Positions 1 through 8,364 of a stretch of DNA of 50,130 nucleotides are shown piece after piece. The notes under the pieces were generated by a model. That model was not told the DNA's origin, made no database searches, and saw only the letters and a program-made list of their open reading frames with translations. The translations under genes were made by a program, and so were the position numbers. Source of the stretch: an uncultured Candidatus Saccharibacteria bacterium (GTDB lineage: Bacteria; Patescibacteriota; Minisyncoccia; Sungbacterales; HO2-52-23); the NCBI GenBank assembly GCA_964361695.1, contig CAYIBQ010000002.1:1-50130 (forward strand), read 5' to 3'. Within the stretch, counting starts at the first letter, position 1, and each line of letters begins with the position of its first letter.

Positions 1-121
1 CAGTAGTAAGTACGACTATCATACCGCAAGATTCTTACGTGCTTGTGGATAACTCCCAGTTCGTTGACAAAGACAAAAGGAAATTACCAAACGCCACTGA
101 AAAGCATGATGGATACAAAAG

Positions 122-153
122 AAAATCATCCCGACATACATCGGGATGATTTT
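122..153. terminator. Bidirectional intrinsic terminator hairpin downstream of ftsZ
   Basis: Perfect 13-bp stem AAAATCATCCCGA / TCGGGATGATTTT with a 6-nt loop. There are A/T runs on both flanks, giving a U-tract on either strand. It lies about 40 nt past the ftsZ stop. Confidence 0.6.
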
Positions 154-193
154 CTTTTTACTTGACAGGTTTTATTTCTCAAAAGACGGCGCT

Positions 194-1333
194 CTATTTA
201 TTCCTGCGGCGCAGAAACGCGGGGATCGCATCCCAGTCGCTTTCTTGCTGGAGCGGCTGGCGGTTTTGCAAAGGCCCCTTTTCAACCCCCGACATACCGG
301 GAACCGGTTGCATCGGAGCCCTCTTTATCTCCACCGCGTGTTCTTCTTTGCCCAGCGGCGTATGGGTCATACCCTGCCCCCCAGGAAAGCCCGTGGCAAT
401 GACTGTTATCTTTACTTCCCCTTTCTTGAGCCGCTCGTCGTGTACGGCCCCAAAAATGACCTTGGCATCACGGTCAATGGATTCGGTGATCACCCGCGCC
501 GCCTCATTTATTTCCCACATCGTCAGATCCATGCCGCCGGATACGTTGAACAAAACGCCCCGTGCGCCTTCAATAGAAATGTCCAATAGCGGGGAGTTGA
601 TGGCGGCCTTTGCCGCGGCAGTAGCACGATCTTCGCCCGTGCCGTATCCGACACCCATGAGCGCTGATCCCGTATCGCGCATAATGGCGCGCACGTCGGC
701 AAAGTCAACGTTGATGATGCCCGGCGTGACAATGAGATCGGAGATGCCCTGCACCGCGTGGCGCAGTACGTCGTCACAGATGGCAAATGCTGAAAGTAGA
801 GGCATATCCTTGCCAATGACCGCAAGCAAGCGATCATTGGGTATCGTAATCAAGGCATCCACGCGGTCGCGCAATTCCCGCCATGCGTCTTCCGCAATGC
901 GCGTGCGCTGTACGCCCTCAAAATTGAACGGCTTGGTCACCACGCCGATAGTCAGCGCGCCGGAATCGCGCGATACCTCGGCAATCACCGGACTGGCGCC
1001 CGATCCCGTGCCGCCGCCAAGCCCGCACGTCAAAAAGACCATGTCAGCGCCTTTGAGCGCCTCATGGATTTCATCACGGTTTTCCTCTGCGGCCTGCCGT
1101 CCCAGATCGGGATTCATCCCCGCCCCCAGCCCCTTGGTCAGATTCTTTCCGATATGTATCTTGGTCCGCGCTTTGGTAAAATGCAGATCCTGGACATCAG
1201 TGTTTATGGTCAAAAAATCAACCCCGTTGATTTTGTGGTCAATCATGCGCGTCACCGCCTTGCCGCCGCCGCCGCCAATGCCGATGACTTTGATGCGCGC
1301 GTATGTTTCAATGTCTGGTTTCACCGATGGCAT
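194..1333 (-). CDS. ftsZ: Cell division GTPase FtsZ
   Basis: 379 aa. Tubulin signature GLGGGTGSGASPVIA, N-terminal IGIGGGGGKAV, NTDVQ, and the TIPNDRLL motif. Sits directly downstream of ftsA. Confidence 0.97.
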   Translation of the reverse strand: MPSVKPDIETYARIKVIGIGGGGGKAVTRMIDHKINGVDFLTINTDVQDLHFTKARTKIHIGKNLTKGLGAGMNPDLGRQAAEENRDEIHEALKGADMVFLTCGLGGGTGSGASPVIAEVSRDSGALTIGVVTKPFNFEGVQRTRIAEDAWRELRDRVDALITIPNDRLLAVIGKDMPLLSAFAICDDVLRHAVQGISDLIVTPGIINVDFADVRAIMRDTGSALMGVGYGTGEDRATAAAKAAINSPLLDISIEGARGVLFNVSGGMDLTMWEINEAARVITESIDRDAKVIFGAVHDERLKKGEVKITVIATGFPGGQGMTHTPLGKEEHAVEIKRAPMQPVPGMSGVEKGPLQNRQPLQQESDWDAIPAFLRRRNK

Positions 1334-1400
1334 ACCAAAAAATATTTAAATAGTAAATATTTAAATATTGGCTCTATCGGACACACTATATCGGACGCCG

Positions 1401-2642
1401 CTAGGGAAGTAAAGAGCGGAGCCAGCGCATGATCCATGCCTGCCCGCCCGCGTAGGGAAGATGACGCGTCCATCCGAGTCCCGGATTTTTTCTCTTGTCC
1501 GCAGCCCAGCGCGCAATGCCGAGCACTGCGGCCATGGGGGGGCCCTCGGTTTCGTCCGGCATGGGTGAAAATCCTTGGGGTATGCCCTGCTCCACCGGCA
1601 GACCCAATTCCTTGCGAGTAAGCCCCATGATGCCGGGCACCAAGGATGAGCCACCCACAAGCACCACGCCGCCGGGCAAAAGGCGGACCTTATTAATACG
1701 ACGAAGTTCCTTTTGCAAAAGTTCAAACATGTCCTGAAGGCGCGCCTCAACGATCTCGGCCAAGGTTCTCCGTGAAAACACATCTTCCTGGCCGGGGATA
1801 AATTCAGCCAACCGTATGCCGTCGCGCTTGGGCAAATCAGCGGCCATGCACGTCCCGTACGCCAGTTTGATCTGATCGGCAACATCAAATGCCTGGCGGA
1901 ATCCGATGGCCACGTCTCCGGTGATGTGATTGCCACCAATGGGGATCGCGCCCGCATGCACAGGCACCCCCTCTTCAAACACGATGAATGAACTACTTCC
2001 CCCGCCGATATCCAGCAGTATCGCGCCGAGTTCTTTCTGGCGCTTGGTCAACACGGTTTCTGCCGCGGCAAGCGGCGAAAACACATAGTCGTCTACGCGA
2101 AGACCCGCGTGCTCCACGGCCTTGAAAAGCGATTTGATATACAGTGACGTGCCCTCAATCACGAGCGCTTCGGCTTCCAGGCGCACGCCGTGCATGCCAA
2201 TGGGATCGTGTACGCCTGATTCATTGTCCACTTTGAATTCGCGGGGGATGATGTGGAGGACTTCTTTGTTGTGATTCTTGGGGATAAAGGTCTCTGCCGC
2301 CGCCAGCACGCGCTGGACATCTTCGGGAGCAATCTCCTGATCGGCGCGGGATACGGCGACCACACCGCGCACCGATGTGGATGAGATATACGAGCCGTCC
2401 ACGCCCACCCACGCCGAGCGCACGGGCACACCTGCGGTCTTTCTGGCCTGATCCACGGACTGGCGGATGGCGGCGGCGGCGTCATCTACGTCTATGACCG
2501 CACCCCTGCGCACGCCTGCCGAGGGTACCGATCCTATACCTAAAATTTGCAATGATTCACGATCCGGAACACGTTCCGCCACTACGGTCTGCACCATAGT
2601 ACTGCCTACGTCAACTGCCGTGACGATGTTCCTCTGCGCCAT
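1401..2642 (-). CDS. ftsA: Cell division protein FtsA (actin-like ATPase)
   Basis: 413 aa. Has VDVGS and DIGGGSS phosphate-binding motifs, in the conserved ftsA-ftsZ order. Confidence 0.93.
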   Translation of the reverse strand: MAQRNIVTAVDVGSTMVQTVVAERVPDRESLQILGIGSVPSAGVRRGAVIDVDDAAAAIRQSVDQARKTAGVPVRSAWVGVDGSYISSTSVRGVVAVSRADQEIAPEDVQRVLAAAETFIPKNHNKEVLHIIPREFKVDNESGVHDPIGMHGVRLEAEALVIEGTSLYIKSLFKAVEHAGLRVDDYVFSPLAAAETVLTKRQKELGAILLDIGGGSSSFIVFEEGVPVHAGAIPIGGNHITGDVAIGFRQAFDVADQIKLAYGTCMAADLPKRDGIRLAEFIPGQEDVFSRRTLAEIVEARLQDMFELLQKELRRINKVRLLPGGVVLVGGSSLVPGIMGLTRKELGLPVEQGIPQGFSPMPDETEGPPMAAVLGIARWAADKRKNPGLGWTRHLPYAGGQAWIMRWLRSLLP

Positions 2643-3039
2643 TGAATACCTTCGCTAAAACGGATCGCTCTATACGTACAAACTTCTTTTCCGCGGTCTT
2701 TGATTCCTCGTGATGGAGTCCCGACAGGTGAAGCATACCATGCAGAACCATCCATGTCATCTGATATTTGAAGCTGTGTTTTTGTTTTTTCGCCTCGGCC
2801 CTGATCACCGAGGGGCATACCAGTATTTCCCCATAGGCAGGCGAATACCGAAAAGACAGGACGTTGGTTGCCCTGTCTTTTTTGCGATACCGGCGGTTGA
2901 TCGCGCGGGATTTCGCCGGAGAGAGGGCGACAACGGCAACTTCCTTTGGAAGTTGCCGTTGTATGACAGACGACAAATCCTTGACAATCCGCTTAAAAAA
3001 TGATAGATTTTTCGGCGTGCGTAGGATGAGTTCCTTCAT
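2611..3039 (-). CDS. ybeY: rRNA maturation endoribonuclease YbeY
   Basis: 142 aa with the metal-binding motif HGMLHLSGLHH (H-x3-H-x5-H). The 3' end overlaps the ftsA start by 32 nt. Confidence 0.85.
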   Translation of the reverse strand: MKELILRTPKNLSFFKRIVKDLSSVIQRQLPKEVAVVALSPAKSRAINRRYRKKDRATNVLSFRYSPAYGEILVCPSVIRAEAKKQKHSFKYQMTWMVLHGMLHLSGLHHEESKTAEKKFVRIERSVLAKVFNGAEEHRHGS

Positions 3040-3069
3040 TGTTTTTGTACCTCAAAGAGGGGTAGTGAA

Positions 3070-3303
3070 ATGGCAGAACAGAACCAACCCATAGTAGTTC
3101 GACCTTGGATGTCGTTATTGCTCGTTCTGGGGGTCGCGCCTTTTCTCTTCATTTATGGTTTCGATCTCATCGGAGATAAGCTTGCAGAAAACTTCGGTGG
3201 TGGAGCAAAATACTATGGCCGTGGCATTACTGTTCTTCTGATCGCGGTTTTCTATGTATGCGCAATAGTACTGTTTTGCCGTAGACGACGGACAAGGCAG
3301 TAA
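3070..3303 (+). CDS. Hypothetical small membrane protein (two predicted TM helices)
   Basis: 77 aa with two hydrophobic stretches (LLLVLGVAPFLFIYGF; VLLIAVFYVCAIVLF) and a basic tail. No family recognised. Confidence 0.4.
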   Translation: MAEQNQPIVVRPWMSLLLVLGVAPFLFIYGFDLIGDKLAENFGGGAKYYGRGITVLLIAVFYVCAIVLFCRRRRTRQ

Positions 3304-3343
3304 ACTTGACGCTCCTGTGAATAATCCCATGGGAGCTTTTTCT

Positions 3344-3562
3344 TTACAGTTTTTCATCCAATTCTTTTCTGGTGATTTCTGCTTGCTGAAGAATGGAGTG
3401 GAGCGTGCCGATGAAAAGTGGCTTGGGATGGACGGAAACAGAAACGCGCCTGCCGTTGGCGTGTTTCAACCGAACATGGCTACCTTTTTTATTGATCACG
3501 AAAAAACCCAGCTTTTGCAGGGCTTTGACCACATCCTTTGGAAATACTTCCCTGCTCGCCAT
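3344..3562 (-). CDS. hicA: HicA-like mRNA interferase toxin
   Basis: 72 aa. The pattern KDVVKALQKLGF..KGSHVRLKH is typical of the HicA/YcfA family. Lies 6 nt downstream of a HicB-like ORF. Confidence 0.75.
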   Translation of the reverse strand: MASREVFPKDVVKALQKLGFFVINKKGSHVRLKHANGRRVSVSVHPKPLFIGTLHSILQQAEITRKELDEKL

Positions 3563-3568
3563 GATGCG

Positions 3569-3826
3569 CTATGTAGGAACCACAACACGAGCCATGGTAA
3601 TAAAGTCGGCTGCGTGTTCCACAGGCACCGGCTGTTTTTCTTTGCGCAGGCACTCCAAATGGAACGCGATCAACCCCCGGATATTTCGCAACGCTTCCTC
3701 CACCGAGTCCCCGTCGGTCGCAATACCCAGTACCGGCACCAGTGCGGTAAAGCCCGGCTCCCCGGATCCGGTTCGAACATCCGGGGTTATCACCACACGA
3801 TAGTCCATATATTTCCGGCGCTTCAT
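3569..3826 (-). CDS. hicB: HicB-like antitoxin (UPF0150 fold)
   Basis: 85 aa with the pattern YRVVITPD..GFTALVPVLGIATDGDSVEEALRNIRGLIAFHLE. An alternative start is at Met7 (3808). Confidence 0.7.
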   Translation of the reverse strand: MKRRKYMDYRVVITPDVRTGSGEPGFTALVPVLGIATDGDSVEEALRNIRGLIAFHLECLRKEKQPVPVEHAADFITMARVVVPT

Positions 3827-3853
3827 AATGAAAATATTAAACTTTTGAAACGG

Positions 3854-4303
3854 CTATGTCAACAGCCGCTTCACCGCCGCTGATACGCGATCTCCAGAGG
3901 CACGGCCGGCGATGGCTTGCATGGCTGATTTCATGACACGGCCAAAATCATCTGCAGATGCTCCTGTTACGAGAGGTAGAATGAGTGTTTCTATTTCTTT
4001 GTCGCTGATTTCCGCGGGCAGGTACGGCTCCAGCATAGTCAATTCTGTGGCCTCTTTCTCCGCCAAATCCGTACGTCCCGCTTTTTGGAACTCCGCGATG
4101 CTGTCGCGGCGTTTTTTGACTTCGCTTTTCAAAACACTTGCCTGCTCTTCATCGCTCAATGCGGCATCTGGGTTCTTAGCCCTTTTTTCTATCTCTTTAT
4201 TTTTGAATGCCGCCAGAACCATGCGCAGAACGCCAAGCCGCTCCGCATCGCGGTTCTTCATTGCGATCTTCATCTCGTGCTCAATGGTTTCCTTGAGTCC
4301 CAT
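3854..4303 (-). CDS. yqeY: GatB/YqeY domain protein
   Basis: YqeY-like sequence MGLKETIEHEMKIAMKNRDAERLGVLRMVLAAFKNKEIE. The start was moved to Met28 of the ORF (4303) to remove the overlap with rpsU. Confidence 0.8.
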   Translation of the reverse strand: MGLKETIEHEMKIAMKNRDAERLGVLRMVLAAFKNKEIEKRAKNPDAALSDEEQASVLKSEVKKRRDSIAEFQKAGRTDLAEKEATELTMLEPYLPAEISDKEIETLILPLVTGASADDFGRVMKSAMQAIAGRASGDRVSAAVKRLLT

Positions 4304-4307
4304 AGGG

Positions 4308-4574
4308 TTATCGCGCGGCGGTGGTCGGCGAGCGGCGGATGCCACGGCCTTTTTTATCCGGCAGAGCTTTACCCAGTTTTTCAAGCCGCGTGCGTTCGCG
4401 GGCGAGCGTGATACGGCGCAAGGCGCTCTCGCGCGACTGGCGCTTGGTTGCTTTACCTTTGTGGAATTTCAGCTTCCTCGCCTGCACCAAAATCCCCGAC
4501 TGCTGGACCCTGCGGGTAAAGCGGCGCACCATAGCGCCCGTGGTCTCGTGTTCTCGTTTTCTGACTTCTACCAT
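4308..4574 (-). CDS. rpsU: 30S ribosomal protein S21
   Basis: MVEVRKREHETTGAMVRRFTRRVQQSGIL..KFHKGKATKRQ is typical of bS21. Start taken at Met22 of the ORF (4574). Confidence 0.85.
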   Translation of the reverse strand: MVEVRKREHETTGAMVRRFTRRVQQSGILVQARKLKFHKGKATKRQSRESALRRITLARERTRLEKLGKALPDKKGRGIRRSPTTAAR

Positions 4575-4594
4575 ATCGTTCGTGTTTGAAATGT

Positions 4595-4945
4595 TTAAAC
4601 GTTTAAATTTTTGATTGTTGGCTTCTGTTCTTTCCATCCGCCGAGTATGTGCAGGTGCAGATGATCCACCATCTGTCCGCCCTCCCGGCCGACATTGAAC
4701 AGCAGTTTATATCCCGCAAGTCCCCGCGCCGCGGCAATGTCTTTTGCCGCGTGGAGCAAGGCCGCTATGACAGTATCATGCTCGGGCGTCAATACCGCGA
4801 CGGACGCGACGTGTACTTTCGGGATAACCAGGACATGCACCGGCGCTTTGGGGTGAATGTCGCGGAATGCTTTTACCTCGGCGTTTTCAAATACGACATC
4901 CGCCGGTAACGCGCCCTGGGCGATTTTGCAGAATATGCACCCCAT
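4595..4945 (-). CDS. HIT family (HinT-like) nucleotide hydrolase
   Basis: 116 aa with the histidine triad HLHLHILGG and CIFCKI at the N-terminus. Confidence 0.9.
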   Translation of the reverse strand: MGCIFCKIAQGALPADVVFENAEVKAFRDIHPKAPVHVLVIPKVHVASVAVLTPEHDTVIAALLHAAKDIAAARGLAGYKLLFNVGREGGQMVDHLHLHILGGWKEQKPTIKNLNV

Positions 4946-6330
4946 CAGTATTTTTTCAATTTTTTCTTCAGAAAATCTACAAGCTTGTCCTGCGACACGG
5001 TCTCCTGTATGCCTGACCCGACTTCCCTGACAATTACCGTCCCGTCCAGCGCTTCTTTTTGTCCTAGAATTACGGCAAACCGCGCACCCAGACGCTCGGC
5101 AATTTTCAACTGGGTCTTGATTGAATCGCGGCCGAGCGATTCTTTTGCCTCTATCTCGCCCTCGCGCAATGCTTCCAAAATCTCAAAACTCCGGCGCTTG
5201 GCCAAGTCACCCAATTGCACGAAAAAGACCTCAACCGTTCCCTGCTGGTTTATCTCCTCCTGTCGCGCAAGCGCTCCTGCCACAGTTTCTAGAAACATGA
5301 TGCCTACGACAACCGGCAGTTCCTTGCCGCCGATGAGTGACGCGGCATGGGACAGACGCCCTCCTTCGGCCAGCACCTGCTTGCCCATAGGCGCTTGCGG
5401 CAGAACCTGGCTGACAGATTCCGGCACCGGCATGGGCGCCTCCGCATTATCCGGAGATGGCGCCATCGTCTGTGGTTGACGGGGCAAGGGCTCTTTGCGC
5501 TCAAGCAACAGTTCAAAGATAACCTCACTGTACCATGAACCGTCCCTGAAAAACTTGGGATCCAGGAAATACGGAATTTTGGCTTCGTCCAGGAATTCCA
5601 GGAGCGAGCGCAACTGTTTTTTACACCCGTCACAGAGAAAATCAAGCACTTGCGGGGCTGAAGCCGCGATGCTCCGGCACCGTTCTTCTGTACATGAAAG
5701 AATACGGGTAGGTATTTTTTTCAGATCGCGCTTGGAACGAGTACACAGACGCGCCGCGTGTCTTCGGAAGTAACTGCCCAGCGATGCCCTGTATGAGCCG
5801 CGGCATGCGGCACATCCGATGGCATTGAGGCGCAGTTCAATGGAGCGATCGTTGATGCCCAGTTCCGCGGTGGCGCGGTAAAAGACCTGGGCAATGCCGG
5901 TCTCTGCCACCGCACTCTCCTCGCCAATGATGACCACTCCCCACTCATCGCGGGCAACAATGGCATTACCCGCTGACACCGGAAGCTGGCAAAATCCGTG
6001 CGCGTGGAAGAACAACTTCACCGGATGCGGCATATCCTGCATGCGATGCGAGAAGTATGCGCGTATCGCGCCGATGGCGCCCGACGGCGTCAGCAAAATA
6101 TCCTCGCCGCTCTGGACTTTGCATCGCGCAAGCGGCCATTCGTCCAGCATACCCGCACGAACGAGCGGCGTGAGGACTGCCGCTTGCTCCAGAGGAGAGG
6201 TGATTATTTTCTCAAAACCGTAAAAACGCGCGATGGTGCTGGCCGTATGTTCTATATCGGCAAAGCGGACGGCGTCACGGGGCAGGCGGTCCAATTGATG
6301 CATCCATTCCTCAATCTTTTTTTTCATCAT
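4945..6330 (-). CDS. Histidyl-tRNA synthetase-like protein with degenerate class II catalytic motifs
   Basis: HisRS-like architecture: a Cys-rich insertion domain and a C-terminal anticodon-binding domain (VFFVQLG..AVILGQKE). Motif 2, the RGLDYY motif and motif 3 are not conserved (see finding). Start taken at MMKKK (6330). Confidence 0.6.
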   Translation of the reverse strand: MMKKKIEEWMHQLDRLPRDAVRFADIEHTASTIARFYGFEKIITSPLEQAAVLTPLVRAGMLDEWPLARCKVQSGEDILLTPSGAIGAIRAYFSHRMQDMPHPVKLFFHAHGFCQLPVSAGNAIVARDEWGVVIIGEESAVAETGIAQVFYRATAELGINDRSIELRLNAIGCAACRGSYRASLGSYFRRHAARLCTRSKRDLKKIPTRILSCTEERCRSIAASAPQVLDFLCDGCKKQLRSLLEFLDEAKIPYFLDPKFFRDGSWYSEVIFELLLERKEPLPRQPQTMAPSPDNAEAPMPVPESVSQVLPQAPMGKQVLAEGGRLSHAASLIGGKELPVVVGIMFLETVAGALARQEEINQQGTVEVFFVQLGDLAKRRSFEILEALREGEIEAKESLGRDSIKTQLKIAERLGARFAVILGQKEALDGTVIVREVGSGIQETVSQDKLVDFLKKKLKKY

Positions 6331-6340
6331 AACGGTCAAT

Positions 6341-6997
6341 CTAGTAGTTGAATGCCTCTCCAGTGACCGGACCAAAGCGGCCGACGGGCCATGCGCGAAA
6401 AACTGCGCGCCCCACGAGCATGTCTTCGGGCAGGACGCCCCACAGGCGCGAATCAGAACTGAAGTCGCGGTTGTCGCCCATCACAAAATACTCACCCGCG
6501 CCGAGTTTTGTCTCCACGGACGGATGGGTTGATCTGCCGGGCAGATCAAGATACTGCTCCTGCAGGGTAAATCCTTCGGGGTACTGGTCGTTGAAAATCA
6601 TCACAGTTCCCTTTTCTATCTTTATTCGCTCGCGCGGGAGTCCGATGATGCGTTTGATAAAAAACTGGCGCGGGTCGCGGGGATAGTGGAACACAATGGT
6701 CTCCCCTCGCTGGGGTTCGCGGAAGTAATACGACGCCTCATCAATGATGAGATATTCCCGGTCCATAAATGTCGGCTCCATGGATGCCCCGCGCACCACG
6801 AACGGCTGGGCTATGAAATAGCGGATGGGGATAATGATCGCGGCCGAGATGAGTAGCACCCGCACCACCTCTCCAATTTCCGCGAATACTCGTGACACTT
6901 TGGATGCCGTCGGCTCTTGCACGGTTTCGGGAACGAACGGCGGGGTATGACTGTCCTGTGCTTCGGACTGATGTTCGGACAATTTGCTTTCCTGCAT
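6341..6997 (-). CDS. lepB: Signal peptidase I
   Basis: Catalytic Ser box GASMEPTF and box E GDNRDFSSDSRLWG. Start set at MQESK (6997), because the longer ORF (7051) would overlap the divergent pth gene. Confidence 0.85.
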   Translation of the reverse strand: MQESKLSEHQSEAQDSHTPPFVPETVQEPTASKVSRVFAEIGEVVRVLLISAAIIIPIRYFIAQPFVVRGASMEPTFMDREYLIIDEASYYFREPQRGETIVFHYPRDPRQFFIKRIIGLPRERIKIEKGTVMIFNDQYPEGFTLQEQYLDLPGRSTHPSVETKLGAGEYFVMGDNRDFSSDSRLWGVLPEDMLVGRAVFRAWPVGRFGPVTGEAFNY

Positions 6998-7037
6998 CCG
7001 TATATTATAGTAGTTTTTATAGGAATTGCAACCCCTT

Positions 7038-7601
7038 ATGATGCTTATCATCGGACTCGGTAATCCGGGTAGTGTTTACGAACGCACCCGCCACAACATT
7101 GGCAGGGACATTGCCTCCGCGTGCGCGGCGGCACATGATTTCCCCGCGTTTCGTTTTGAAAAAAAATGGAGCGCCCAGGTTGCGGAAGGAAAAATCGGCA
7201 AAGCAAAAGCCGTAATCATCCTGCCCGATACGATGATGAATAAGTCCGGAGCCGCGATTGCTCCGGCGGCACTGTTTTATAAAACCAAACCGAAAGATAT
7301 TTTTATTATTCATGATGACGCAGACATCCCGCTGGAGTATACCAAGCTCTCATTTGGCAAACGATCGGCCGGACACAAGGGTGTGGAGTCCGCCATACGC
7401 GCGCTCAAAACCCGCGAGTTTTGGAGATTTCGCATCGGCATCGGAGGAAAACGCGACATCCCCGCCGAAAAACTCGTCCTTAAAAAATTCACGCCCGATG
7501 AACAGCGTGCCATGAAAAAAATCACCAAACGCACCCTCGAAGCCATTGCCGTCATTGCCGCCGACGGCCCCGAGCGCGCAATGAATGAATATAACCGGTA
7601 G
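7038..7601 (+). CDS. pth: Peptidyl-tRNA hydrolase
   Basis: MMLIIGLGNPGSVYERTRHNIG at the N-terminus, which is the canonical Pth signature. Confidence 0.92.
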   Translation: MMLIIGLGNPGSVYERTRHNIGRDIASACAAAHDFPAFRFEKKWSAQVAEGKIGKAKAVIILPDTMMNKSGAAIAPAALFYKTKPKDIFIIHDDADIPLEYTKLSFGKRSAGHKGVESAIRALKTREFWRFRIGIGGKRDIPAEKLVLKKFTPDEQRAMKKITKRTLEAIAVIAADGPERAMNEYNR

Positions 7602-7605
7602 TCAT

Positions 7606-8349
7606 ATGCGACATACTGAATCTGCAGGCGAAGTAGCCCGCCACGAAGAACAAGAACACAACCTTACGCCCGAAAAGGCATGGACATTGTTTTTTAATTC
7701 CTATCTCTTCTCGCAAGGAAGCACCTCGTTGCAAGATACTATTTTCAAATGGCTCCACGCGCAATACCCTGATTGGCGCATCGCCGAGGAACATATGGAT
7801 CACATCTCTCATGTTGGTCCGAAAAGAATCGGACGTTACATATCCTCTCAGGCAAGCGGACATAAAGCAACGCCTCCCGAGGCCATTAGAAACAGTGTTA
7901 TTCAAGAACTCGCTGCACTTCAAACCACATTTGCTGAACCACTCCCTGCCGTATCGGATGTTTTGGAAAACTATAAAAAAACTCTCGTAGAGGCCATCGC
8001 TCGTGAGAGTATAGAGCGTGATTACAGATTTCTCATAGTAAACCAGCGGCCGTGGGGACCTTTACCACAGACACAGGAAGAGATAGAAGCTTATGGGGAC
8101 GAGGCGGAAAACCCGCCGCATACAAGAGGGATCAGCCACGTTATGCGCTACGCATTGGGAGGAGGGGAAGCACCGACCGAAGAATACACACTGATGTGGA
8201 CAGAGGTCGCGCGATGGATCCGCGAACACATCATGACCAGCAATGATCTAGAAATGAGGGGACTGCGTGAAAAGCTTGTCCGCATCAACGAAGTCCACCG
8301 CAAATCCCAAAACGCAAAACTTGAAGATTCCGAAGGAGGGGAGGCATAA
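7606..8349 (+). CDS. Hypothetical protein
   Basis: Roughly 247-aa ORF with coding-like composition and no recognisable motif. Start taken at the ATG 5 nt after the pth stop. Confidence 0.5.
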   Translation: MRHTESAGEVARHEEQEHNLTPEKAWTLFFNSYLFSQGSTSLQDTIFKWLHAQYPDWRIAEEHMDHISHVGPKRIGRYISSQASGHKATPPEAIRNSVIQELAALQTTFAEPLPAVSDVLENYKKTLVEAIARESIERDYRFLIVNQRPWGPLPQTQEEIEAYGDEAENPPHTRGISHVMRYALGGGEAPTEEYTLMWTEVARWIREHIMTSNDLEMRGLREKLVRINEVHRKSQNAKLEDSEGGEA

Positions 8350-8364
8350 CTTTTTCCATATCAT

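Noticed and set aside
1-52. Possible 3' end of a plus-strand gene at the left edge (..SSKYDYHTARFLRACG*).
   Set aside because: It is too short to evaluate. Only the terminator hairpin at 122-153 hints at a plus-strand transcript ending here.
162-1349. 395-aa plus-strand ORF opposite ftsZ, and similar long antisense ORFs (for example 9102-10259 opposite mfd, 12593-13273 opposite dprA, 21396-22277 opposite folD, 49471-50109 opposite the RT).
   Set aside because: These are shadow ORFs on the strand opposite clearly identified genes. Their Ser/Arg/Pro/Ala-rich, low-complexity translations are typical of antisense frames in GC-rich coding DNA.
1334-1400. AT-rich duplicated AATATTTAAATA motif between ftsA and ftsZ as a regulatory element or promoter.
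   Set aside because: It is plausible as an internal ftsZ promoter or UP-like element, but I could not define convincing -35/-10 hexamers. It was left unannotated.
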